NCBI RefSeq assembly: GCF_048593235.1
Contig: NC_133620.1
Coordinates: 292,469,765-292,533,764 of the forward strand
Direction: 5' to 3'
Source of the DNA: Sminthopsis crassicaudata
Lineage: Eukaryota
DNA length: 64,000 nucleotides
Made by a program: the position numbers and the translations under genes. Every line of letters starts with the position of its first letter. The stretch's first letter is position 1. The notes below the pieces were generated by a model that did not search any database, was not told where the DNA came from, and saw nothing but the letters and a program-made list of their open reading frames with translations. Shown here one piece after another: positions 26,202-36,700 of the stretch.

Positions 26202-29200
26202 ATGGCTCCTGCTCTGGTTTTGGTCCCTGCCGCCTTTGCGTCTTTCGTTCTGGCCTTTGGCACTGGAGTAGAATTTGTGTGCTTCACATCTTTGCAACCA
26301 CTGCTCGGGAGCAGTCAGAAGTTGGACGGAGGTAAGCAGTTCTGGAGCAGGAGCCTTGCATGAGGGTACGGCGGGTAGAGAAGGGGGTGGAGCTAACAGA
26401 AGAGGTAGGTATAAGAGAGAGGAACTGAAAGTATAACGGAAAGGGGGGAGTAGAAATTTCTAGCAGAAGGATCTAGGTTTAATTCTGGGGAGAAAAAACA
26501 ATGTTTGGGTGGAGATATGGGGAAGAATGGAGTGAAGTGTGTTAAAAGATTTCATTATAGGTGAATACAGAACAGGGTATAATAGATGTTTTTGCTTTGA
26601 AATTAGAAACTAATGATCTTGAAACATTCTAAGGCTCATTATTGTTAGATGGCTTGCCCCCTGCATGGACAAAAATTAAGTAGCATCAGAAACAGGATTT
26701 GAACTACTCTTTATTACATCGACTTTTTTTTTTCCCCCTAAGGTGGAGCAAAATAGATTTGGGTGGGAATTTTCAAGCTTCTGGGCATGAACCTTTTAAT
26801 TTAAAAGACTAATCAGAACCACCTTCCTCTTCTTTCCAAATTCTTTGAAAGGATCAGCCAGAATTGCTTAGTTTCTTTTCTATGATCCTATGGGGATTGC
26901 TGAAGATGAGAAGTAAAACTAATTCATGGAGAATAGAGAGGGAGAAGGGCATGGCTTAGGCAGAATTTAGAATCAGAAACCTGGTTGGCCTCCAGAGAAA
27001 CATGGCCTGAGGTTCAGAGGAGATACTTAGAATAAAAGTGAACTTTCCCTGTCCTTTTGACATCTTGTCTTCCCCCGTCCTAAGATACTCAACAGGAATG
27101 GCTGACTGCCCTACAGGATCCTGGCATCCTGGCAGCTCTAGCTTGGGACCTGGGGCTGGTGCTGCTATTCGTGGGACAGCATAGTCTTATGGCAGCAGAC
27201 CCTGTGAAGACATGGATGGCCCAGCACTTTGGGGTCTTGCAGAGGTCACTCTATGTGGCCTGTACTGCCCTGGCCCTGCAGGTATGGGGGCTAGACAGCT
27301 AGGTCCCCAAGAGAAGTAGGAATTGGGGAAAGAGCCTAGAGTTGAGGGTGCCAGATGCCTGGGTTGCTGAGTAAACAGCATTAGTAGAGAATAAGCTGGA
27401 GCATTCAAAATCCTGAAAATTCTAACTCAGAATCTTATATCCTACCACTTCCCTACTGTGGACAGACTAGACTTGTTTCCCAAACTACTTCATCCTTTAT
27501 TCACTCTTCAGTTCCCTCTGATTGGAATGCTTAGCACCACCTCTCTTCCAACACCTACATATAGGTCTGATTTTATCCCTCTTCCTCCAAGAAGTCCTTA
27601 CCAATGACCATGATCCACTCTCTCTAATGAATTGTTATATTGTATGCCTGAGAATTATAAGTTGCATTATTATTTATCTCTCTAGATATTTGTTCAGCTA
27701 ACTTGATTGTAAACTCAACTAGGGCAGTGATCACACATCTCATAAATTAATCAAACATTATTCCTATGTGCTTTCACATTGTGCCAGTGATATTCCTAGA
27801 GTAGGCCTGTTCCATAAATTTCAGTGGTTTCCTATTATCTCTAGGATCAAATATAAAGTTCCTTGTTTGGCATTTAGAGCTTTCTCAATCTGATTCTTAA
27901 TTATTTTACATTGCTATCCTTTACACACTATCTAGCCTATCTTTTTCTTTTCTTGCTCTCTGCCTCTTTCCTTCTCCCACATACAAATCTACCTCTCATC
28001 TCTGACCTTTGGCAAACATCTCTCCCCTCTCCACTTCCCCTCTTGCTATTCATGCTTTTTCCCCTGTCTCATAGACTCTCTTGTTTCCTTCAAAGCACAA
28101 CTCAGACATTATATCCTAAATGAGAACTTTCCTGATCCTCTGTATCTATATGGATTTGTCATCTCTACAGAATAAAGGTCTCATGAGGGCAGGAATTTGT
28201 ATTTTTGCTTGTCTTTCCCCAGTATCTAGCACAGTGCCTGGCACATAGTAGGAATAAATTCTGTTGACTGATTGCAAAGTCTTGAGATTCAGAGAGAATT
28301 TTAGAGTAGTAGTGATATATCTCTATTCTCTGTCCCCTACTATTTTTTTTATAATAGCTTTTTATTTTTCAAAATATATGCAATGATAGTTTTCAACATT
28401 CACCCTTGCAAAACTTTATTTTCCATATTTTAATCCCTCCCCTCAGCAAGTAATCCTGTATAGGTTAAAATGTGTACAATTCTTCTAAACACATTTATCA
28501 TGCCACATAGAAAAAACTGGATCAAAAAAAGAGAAAAATCTGCCCCCTACTCCTGACGCTTAAGAAAAATAATCATTTACTTTGTAACTTTTATTATCTA
28601 GCATAGTGTCCTACATATATTGGACATTTGTGTTAATGGGTTTGGAAACCAGAATCTTGGAGCTCCTTGCATGAATTATTACGAGTAAAAGAAATCATGG
28701 GGTAGAGGGTAGGGGGGAGAGAGAGAGGGAGGAGAGAGTGTGTGTGTGTGGGGGGTGGCACTGTGGGGGAATACCTCCCCATAGCACATTGGATGATTAG
28801 GTCTCTAAGGAGTATTAAGTCTAGCCTTCTCCCCCATCTGTTCCTTCCAGGTGGTGATGCGTTATTGGGAGCCAGTGCCAGAGGGTCCAGTCCTCTGGGA
28901 AGCACAATCAGAGCCCTGGGTGACCTGGGTACCCCTTCTCTGTTTTGTGCTACATATCATAGCTTGGCTCCTTATTTTTAGTATCCTCTTGGTTTTTGAC
29001 TATCCTGAGCTCATGGGCCTCAAACAGGTAATATTTCCATTTCCTGAGCCTCCATCCTTTGAATTTCATTTCTTTTTCCAAGACATGATTCACCTTCAGT
29101 CTCCCCATGTCCTAATCAGTCTCCATGGGACTTTTCCTCCCTCCTAACCTCAGTCTACCTGTTATCTTTTCCCTCCCCTAATGGGTCCAATATCTCTCCC

Positions 29201-29734
29201 CCAAAGTCCAGAAATGTTGTGTTCCCATGGACTTGTAGGAAAGTTGAGTCAAGAGTTAGGGTCAGAGGGAAGACCTTAAGCCAAAGGTTGGGGGAAAATT
29301 AGACATATCTTTGGAGATGTGGAAAAAACTAATTCTGGAACACAAGCAGAACCAGGCTTTTATGAGGAATTAAGGGGCCAGGGCGGAATTAGAAGCAAAG
29401 GGATATAACAATTCAATTTCTGATCTAATATCCTTCCATCCCTCTCCAATAGGTATATTATCATGTGCTGGGGTTGGGGGAGCCATTGGCACTGAAATCC
29501 CCTCGGGCACTGAGACTCTTTGAACATTTGAGACATCCTGTGTGTGTGGAGCTCCTGACAGTGCTGTGGGCTGTGCCACGACTAGGCCTTGACAGAATTC
29601 TCTTGGCTGCACTGTTCACCCTCTATCTGGGCCTGGCACATGGGCTAGATCAGCAAGACTTGCACTACCTCCGGGCCCAGCTTCAAAGAAAGCTTCAGTT
29701 ACTTGCTGGGCCCAATATTGGAGATGCAGAGTAA
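26202..29734 (+). CDS. NRM: Nurim (nuclear envelope membrane protein), 4 exons, 261 aa
   Basis: Exons 26202-26331 ([25 protein letters not shown]), 27085-27281 ([19 protein letters not shown]), 28851-29027 (VMRYWEP...LMGLKQ), 29453-29734 ([19 protein letters not shown]...DAE*); total 786 nt. Confidence 0.97.
27800..28275 (+). mobile_element. L2 3' fragment in NRM intron 2
   Basis: ctaggatcaaatataaagttccttgtttggcattt...gagggcagg...agcacagtgcctggcacatagtag. Confidence 0.7.
28345..28530 (-). mobile_element. L1-type 3'-end fragment
   Basis: tttttttataatagctttttatttttcaaaatatatgcaatgatagttttcaacattcacccttgcaaaac, similar to the copy starting near 11020. Confidence 0.65.
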
Positions 29735-30506
29735 AAACTCCTACGGTGAAACTATTCTCAGGCTCTGAAGCCCTGACTATTTCTCCACCATTCCTCATTC
29801 AAAGTTCTGTTTCCTGAAATTTAAGATCTATACTAGAGAATCTGTTTTCTGGATTCCAAGTTCAATTCCTGAACCCATACCTCCTCTTAAAAGTCGTTTG
29901 AAGCCCTTTGAAGCTTGAGACTGCATGTTTCAGGGTCCTAGAGGCCTTCCCTGTTCCTCAACCTCTATCTCCTGAATTCCAAGTTCTACCTCCTAGATTC
30001 CAAGTTTCCCTCCCTGTAGACTTTAGGCATGTTTTCAGGATATGGCATGCAACTTGGGGCCCACACTCAAATTCCAGATTTACTATCTCTTAATCCAGAA
30101 TCCCACTCTTTTACCTTATGACCCCTTAATTCAATCTAGAAAGACGGATGAGATCCTGGGGAGCCAATCCCCAACAATAGTCCTCTTGTTGGGTATTTTC
30201 TGCTTCCAGACCTAAGGGAAAATATTGGCTCTGATCAAACTTCTACCAGTGATCCCCAATCACATATTTGGGGACCCCTTTTCCTTTATATCTGTACCCA
30301 CCTCAATTAGATTGGAACTAAAATGTTTTCTAACCTCCAGGAAACTTCCACTTCCTGTTCTATCCTATTACAGCCATTCCTCAGCAAACAAGGTTTTTTG
30401 TAGAATTTATTCCTCACCATTAGGCTCTGTCCTCAAAGCAGATGGGGCAGAGTCCCTTTCACTCCCTACTTTAGATTTCTTGTTTCCCAGAACATATAAA
30501 CTGGCA

Positions 30507-30512
30507 AATAAA
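30507..30512 (+). terminator. Candidate NRM polyA signal AATAAA
   Basis: About 770 nt after the NRM stop codon. Confidence 0.5.
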
Positions 30513-30748
30513 TCCAAGCACCATGGTTTTTCTTCATCTGCTCCTTATGGCCACAAGTATTTATCTCCGAGTTAGCTGGATGACTGAAATTTGGGAGAGT
30601 GTGCAGGGGTAGGTGGAAGGCCAACCGTCTCAGTAGATACAAAATGGTGGTGGGGAAAGTGTAAAAGTGTAAAAGCAAATGCATTCACTTCCCCTCCTGT
30701 GACCACTGTGCTTCAACCATCTAACAAGGCCCTGCCCTCTACTTTTTT

Positions 30749-31405
30749 TTTTTTTTTTTATTCATTTTTCCAAATTATCCCCTCCTTCCCTCCACTCCCT
30801 CCCCCTGATGGCAGGCAATCCCATACATTTTACATGTGTTACAAAATAACCTAGATACAATATATGTGTGTAAATACCATTTTCTTGTTGCACATTAATT
30901 ATTAGCTTCCGAAGGTATATATATATATGGGTAGATAGTAGTGCTAACAATTTACATTCGCTTCCCAGTGTTCCTTCTCTGGGTGTAGTTATTTCTGTCC
31001 ATCATTGATCAACTGGAAGTGAGTTGGATCTTTTTTATGTTGAAGATTTTCACTTCCATCAAAATACATCCTCATACAGTATTGTTGAAGTGTATAGTGA
31101 TCTTCTGGTTCTGCTCATTTCACTCAGCAACAGTTGATTTAAGTCTCTCCAAGCCTCTCTGTATTCGTCCTGCTGGTCATTTCTTACAGAGCAATAATAT
31201 TCCATAACCTTCATATACCACAATTTACCCAACCATTCTCCAATTGATGGACATCCATTCAACTTCAGTTTCTAGCTACAACAAAAAGCTGCCACATACA
31301 TTTTGGCACACACAGGTCCCTTTCCACTCTTTAGTATTTCTTTGGGATATAATCCCAATAACAGCAATGCTGGGTCAAAGGGTATGCACAGTTTAACAAC
31401 TTTTT
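30749..31405 (-). mobile_element. 5'-truncated L1 (about 660 bp) with TSD
   Basis: PolyT on the left; tgccctctacttttt duplicated at 30733-30747 and 31406-31420; ORF2 C-terminal remnant CPSIGEWLGKLWYMKVMEYYCSVRND. Confidence 0.9.
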
Positions 31406-31479
31406 TGCCCTCTACTTTTTTGAGGATGCCCTAGACTCGACTTTAGGAAAGGGATGTTAATTCCTCCACTAGCATACTG

Positions 31480-32720
31480 GCCGCCAACACCTGATTGACT
31501 TCTGGGTCGGGTGGGCTGTTGAAAGATGGAAGCTGACACCCTAAAGCCAAGCACCCGATCACTAGTCTCCACCTCCACTGTCTGACCCGGATCCCCCTTC
31601 ACTCCCACCCCCATTTCTTTCGACACCCTTCCTGCCCGGTAGTAATGACCAGCAATCCTATAATAAAGCTCTGGGAGCTGTGAAGGGGGGATGGGACTGG
31701 GCAGGACGACTCCCAGCTGCTGCGGCTTCCTCCCTGGGTCCCCAGAGGGGCCTGAGTCACGGGCCACCGCCCAGGACCGGGGAAGAGGAGGGCAGAAAGA
31801 TTGGGGGGGTGGAGAATCACTGGAGAAGTTGGGTGGAAAGAACACCTGGGTCCCGAAGAACAGAACAGCCGAAGGAGAGGAAAGCGCTGTGAGGCTGACT
31901 GGAATCTTAGGTCCCATTGAGGAATTACAGTGGTGAGCTAGGGGGCTGTGTATTAGAAAGTCCTTTCCAGGAAAAAGCCACATAGGGGTCCTGGAGGTGG
32001 AAGGCCCCGCCTCTTGCAACGGGTTCCGCCTCTTGCCCCCTTCTTTCTCCCCATTGTTCTCAAAGCGGTTGCCGCCCCCATCCCGCCTTCTTCCCCCCCC
32101 CCCTCCCGTTTGGGTCTGTCTCTTTCTCCCTCCCATCTCCAACTCTTCCCTCGCTCGCTCTTTTCCTTTTCCTTTTTCTCTCCAGACGCCTTCTTGATCA
32201 CCTCCCCCCTCCCTCCTCCAAGGGATCCTGCTGGACGTGAGTTGGGGGTGGGGGTGGGGGCAATTCATACTTAGGGGAAAGGTGGTCCCCCTCCATCACC
32301 TTCGACCGCTACCCTTTTTCCTTCCACTCTTTCTTCGGACTGGAAGATGTTCTTTGTCTAGGGATTGACCGTGGGAGTAGAGTACGCGAGTGGTCAGGAA
32401 CCACGTCTCGATTCTCGAGTTAGAATGATGAGGGAGTCTGGGGATGAGGGTGGGGAAGACGCCTAGATTCCTAACTGAAGAGGGCTGGTACCGGAGCTGG
32501 ACATTGGGACCCAGGTTCGGGATGAGGGTTATAGGCGAAGGGGAGGAGTGGACATCTGGGTTCTGAGAAGGGGTTGGGTGTCTGGACTTCGGGTTTCCTT
32601 AAGTCCCCGGGTATCGTCTTTTCCCAGACCCGCCCCGAGAGGCGGAGCACATGGGCCGAGTGGAGGGGGTGGCCCGGGATAGGAGGGGCGTGGCTGGTTG
32701 AGGTTGGAGGGGAAGCTAAG
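31480..32720 (+). promoter_or_regulatory. GC/CpG-rich PPP1R18 upstream regulatory region
   Basis: Locally CpG-rich, GC boxes, AP-1 site TGAGTCA at about 31753, G-rich runs; lies upstream of the ATG at 33383. Confidence 0.55.
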
Positions 32721-33382
32721 AGTCTGCTAGGGGCCAGGCTGACTGGCAGTTCTGCAGCACAGTTCTCTCCTCCCTTCCTTATCCCCGTACCCTTTCCCCC
32801 ATACCTTTCGTATCCCTTTACCTCTCCCTTTTTCCGTGTCCACTCCTTCACCCTTCCCACCCCCAACATCATGGCTTTGCTTTTTCACCCCCACACTCTA
32901 GGAATTACCCTAACCTCCATAGTTCCCCCTTTAGCTCCTCCACTTGGTTCCTTCCTCTGGTTCTCCAAATTGCCTTTTTTTTTTCTTCTCTCTAACATTC
33001 TGTCATCCTAACCATACCCCAATATTCTATCTTAACTTTTTTCCTCCCTTTCTTCCAGCATTCTTCCCTTCCATTATATCTTTCAGTTTTTTTTTTTTTC
33101 TCCCCTGCATTTATGTTCAGTTCCTTGGTATTTCCTCTAATTTCTCCATTTTCATTTTTTTCTAGCAGTTCTCTCTCCTTAGTCTCTCCATCTTACCCTC
33201 CTCCCAGAGAGTTATTTCTTCCTTTATTCCTCCTTGTATTCCGACACAAACTCTGTACCACATTTTCCCCTCTCCATTTCTGACCCATCTGTACTCTCTA
33301 CAACTCTAAACCACGTCTTTCTTCTTGACACTCCCTCACTGCTCCATCTCCTCCCCTCCAGTTTTCTTGTCCCACTGGGACC

Positions 33383-33708
33383 ATGGCTACTGTCCCCCAG
33401 ATTGGAAGCAAACAACTACTAGCCAAGCGAAGACAAGAGGAGGGCTGCTGTTCGAGGGCCGGGAGCAAGCTGAGAAGGATCGACCTGTTTGCAGATGCCA
33501 GCTTGGAAAACGAGGGGCTGTTGGAGAGACGCCCGTGCCAAGCTAGGGAAATGCCAGTTTGGGGAAACCAGGTCCCTGGGGACTGAGGGCAATAGAGGCA
33601 GTGCTTTTCTGAACCTGATGAACCTGTTTGTCCTTCTGGAAAGCCCATTGGACCTGTCCCACCAGAATCGCTTTTAATCCGACAAGAACGACCAAGAGCG
33701 GAAGCAGC

Positions 33709-33745
<37 letters not shown>

Positions 33746-36700
33746 GTGCCGAAAGAGCAGCTTTTCTGATCGGAGGCCACCCTGAGTGTCGAGGACATAC
33801 ATCAGGGGAAGTGGAAGTCCGAGAACAGAGACTCAGCATAGCAGAGGCTCAGGAACAGAGTCTGGTAGGAAGACAGTCTCAAGAACAGAGGTTGAACCTG
33901 AGGAAATCTGTAGATAGGAGGCTGGGGGTAGCAGAAGTTCAAGAGCAGAGTTTTAGGCCTGCAGAGGCTTTGGAATGGAGTTTAAGTCCCAGGGAAAGTG
34001 AGGAGAGGAGCTTAGGAAGACTATCCGAGTCACAAAAATGGAAGAAAAGCCCTGGGGAGGGTCAAGAACGAAATGTGAATCCAGTAGAACCTCAAGAACA
34101 GACTTCTGGGGGGTCTGAAATGGGAGAATGTAGGTTGAGCTATGGAGACCATAGAGAACAGAGGCTGGGGATGACAGAGATACACAAATGGAAGTTGAAT
34201 TCTGGAGAAGTTCATGGACAGAGTCCAGAGCTATTGGAGGCTCGAGAATGGAGGTTAAACCCTAGAGAAGAAAGCAAAGGGAGATCAGGGGAATCCAGGA
34301 TAGAACAGAGACTAATGCAGAGGAAATCCAAGGAAAATTCAGGACTTTTGGAGACACAAAGGTGTAGGTTTAAGTCCTGGTGTGTTTCAGGATAGAAGCC
34401 CAGGAATGATGGAGGCAGCAGAAATGAGGTTGAACACATTAGAGGATGTAGAGAAGAGCTCTCAACAGATGGAAATACGGAAATGGAGATTGAACTCTGG
34501 GAAGACTCGAGAATGGAGCCTTGAGAGATCAGAAGCTCAAGGGCAGAAGATGGTGCATTCAGACTCTGGAGATCAGAAGTTGCCCTTGCCTGGGAGAGAA
34601 GCTAAAGAAGGGAGGATTGGGGCTACTGTGGAGGAAACTGGGGCTGGAGACAGGATGGTGAGCTCCCATAGAAGTCACTATTCTGCAACCTCTCCCCTCC
34701 CACCCAAGGAAGTTGGGACCAAAGGTTTAGGGCCTCAGGAAGAGGAAGCAGCAGAACCTCAGCCCCCACGGGCAGTATCTACCCAACCTTCTACCCCACC
34801 AACTCCTCAGCCCCCAGGGGATCTGCTCATGAGTCGACTGTTCTATGGGGTGAAACCTGGGCCTGGGGTAGGGACTCCCCGCCGCAGTGGACACACCTTC
34901 ACAGTTAATCCACGAAGGTCTGGACCTTCTGGAGCCCCGGCCCCACCTGAACCCCAGATCTCTGGCCCTGGGAAGAAACGGTACCCCACTGCTGAGGAAA
35001 TACTGGTGCTTGGGGGGTACCTCCGACTCAGCCGAAGCTGCCTTGCCAAAGGGTCCCCTGAGAGACACCACAAACAGGTAGGGAAGTCTAGCTTGGCCCC
35101 TTTGAGCTCCCATTTCCTAACTCTCTCTGGGCTTTTGGATTTGTGTCTCTTCCACTAATGTCTTCTCTCTTTCCATTTATTTCACTGTCTCTGCTCATTT
35201 CCTCCTTTATCCCCTTTTTCCAGTCATCATTTCCTAGGAAAACAGCTCATCTCTCATGGTCTCCATATTAGTCTGTCTCTGTCTCTGGATGTGGGTCTTT
35301 TTTTCTCTCTCCTCTCTTAGGCAGTGAGTTCTTCCTGGCCAAAGTGAATTTTTGGGTAGGATATGTATGGGTATCTGCTCATTTCTCCCCACTCTAGGGG
35401 AAGAAAGGAACTGTTGACTCCACCAGACAATTCAACCTTTAATCCAGATATGAAACAGTAAAAATTGCATTTTAGGGAAAAAATAGAAAAGTTTTTTTGG
35501 GAGGTAGTTTCCCTAGGAATGGGAAATCAGTACCCTAAAAAGAGATGGGAATTTTGATCGAGGTTTTCTTAATCCTGGAGGTAAGAGTAGAAGAGGAAAA
35601 AATGATTTGGGTTGAGGATAGAGGCTAGTGTAGAGAAGAGCATAAAAAGTACAGTGAAAGCAGAGAAAATAGAATGTTTCAGAGAAGGCCCTTGAACCCT
35701 AAATCTGCCCCTGGGGCGAGTCAGAGACACAGTGACTACTTGTAGCTGATGACCTTGGGGTTGGACATGCCAGCTGTGCCCCAGCCATGGACAGTAGTTC
35801 CTTTTTTCTCTTGAAGACAAGAAGAGCTTCTCCAAAATACTCCCCATACTCACCCTTCCCTCCTTCCCTGGGATTTCCCTTTCTTCCCAGATCTGGCTCT
35901 GTAGCTGGTTTTCCTCTCTGTGGCTTTCCACTCTGGCCTCGCCCTCCCTTTAGGGTGGAAAATAACTGAAGGAAGCCAAAGAGTGAAGTTGAGAAGGCAG
36001 GGGTTGAGGAGTTAGAGTCTAGTTTGAGGATATCACTAGTGAGTTTTGGAATCCCCTACTCTTTCCCACCCTATTTCACTGACAAGCATTTCCTGGGGCG
36101 GAGGGTAAAAATGGTTTACTTCCAGCAGAAGAGAATTCTGGAAGAACTTTCAGATAGGGGAAAAAAAAGTAGGTCAGAATTGGGGGTGGGGTGGGGTTAG
36201 CTAAGGCATCTCCTTCTTCCTAAGGGTCACCCATCCATTCTACCCCTTTTCTTCTTCTTCCCCATCCCTAACATGGAAAGTAATTTCCTTAATCCAGATC
36301 AATTAATTTCTGTCCTAAGAGACAGTCACAGAATCATAGAATATGAAAGCTGACAGGCAATTGAATATCTCAAGGAAAAGAACTTTCCACCTTTTTTTTT
36401 TTTTTTTTTTTTGGTCAGAGTTTTGGAAGTCCTTTTCAGTAAGTATCATTTTCTCCTGCTATAACCTTTATTTTTTCTTGTTATAATAATCTCACATTTA
36501 TGTATTGCTTTTAGATTCATGAACTTCTTGCTCCATATTATTATTGTGAGATAGTAAACATTATTCCCACTTAACAGATTTTAAATTTTATATCTGTAAT
36601 TTTAAAAGGTTAAGTGACTTGCCCAAGGTTACATAGTTACTAAGTGGAAAAACAATCTTTCAGCGGTAATGGGACGTATCCTTTTAGAAATAGAATTGGA

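Noticed and set aside
31393-32268. 291-aa minus-strand ORF
   Set aside because: Low-complexity G/R/E-rich translation of a GC-skewed promoter region; no recognisable domain.
33298-33839. Minus-strand poly-Leu and poly-Cys ORFs
   Set aside because: They are antisense readings of the CAG repeat.
33383-35077. PPP1R18 as a true pseudogene
   Set aside because: All lesions are duplications of adjacent bases, there are no nonsense substitutions, and exons 2-3 and the splice sites are intact. Assembly error is more parsimonious, pending reads.
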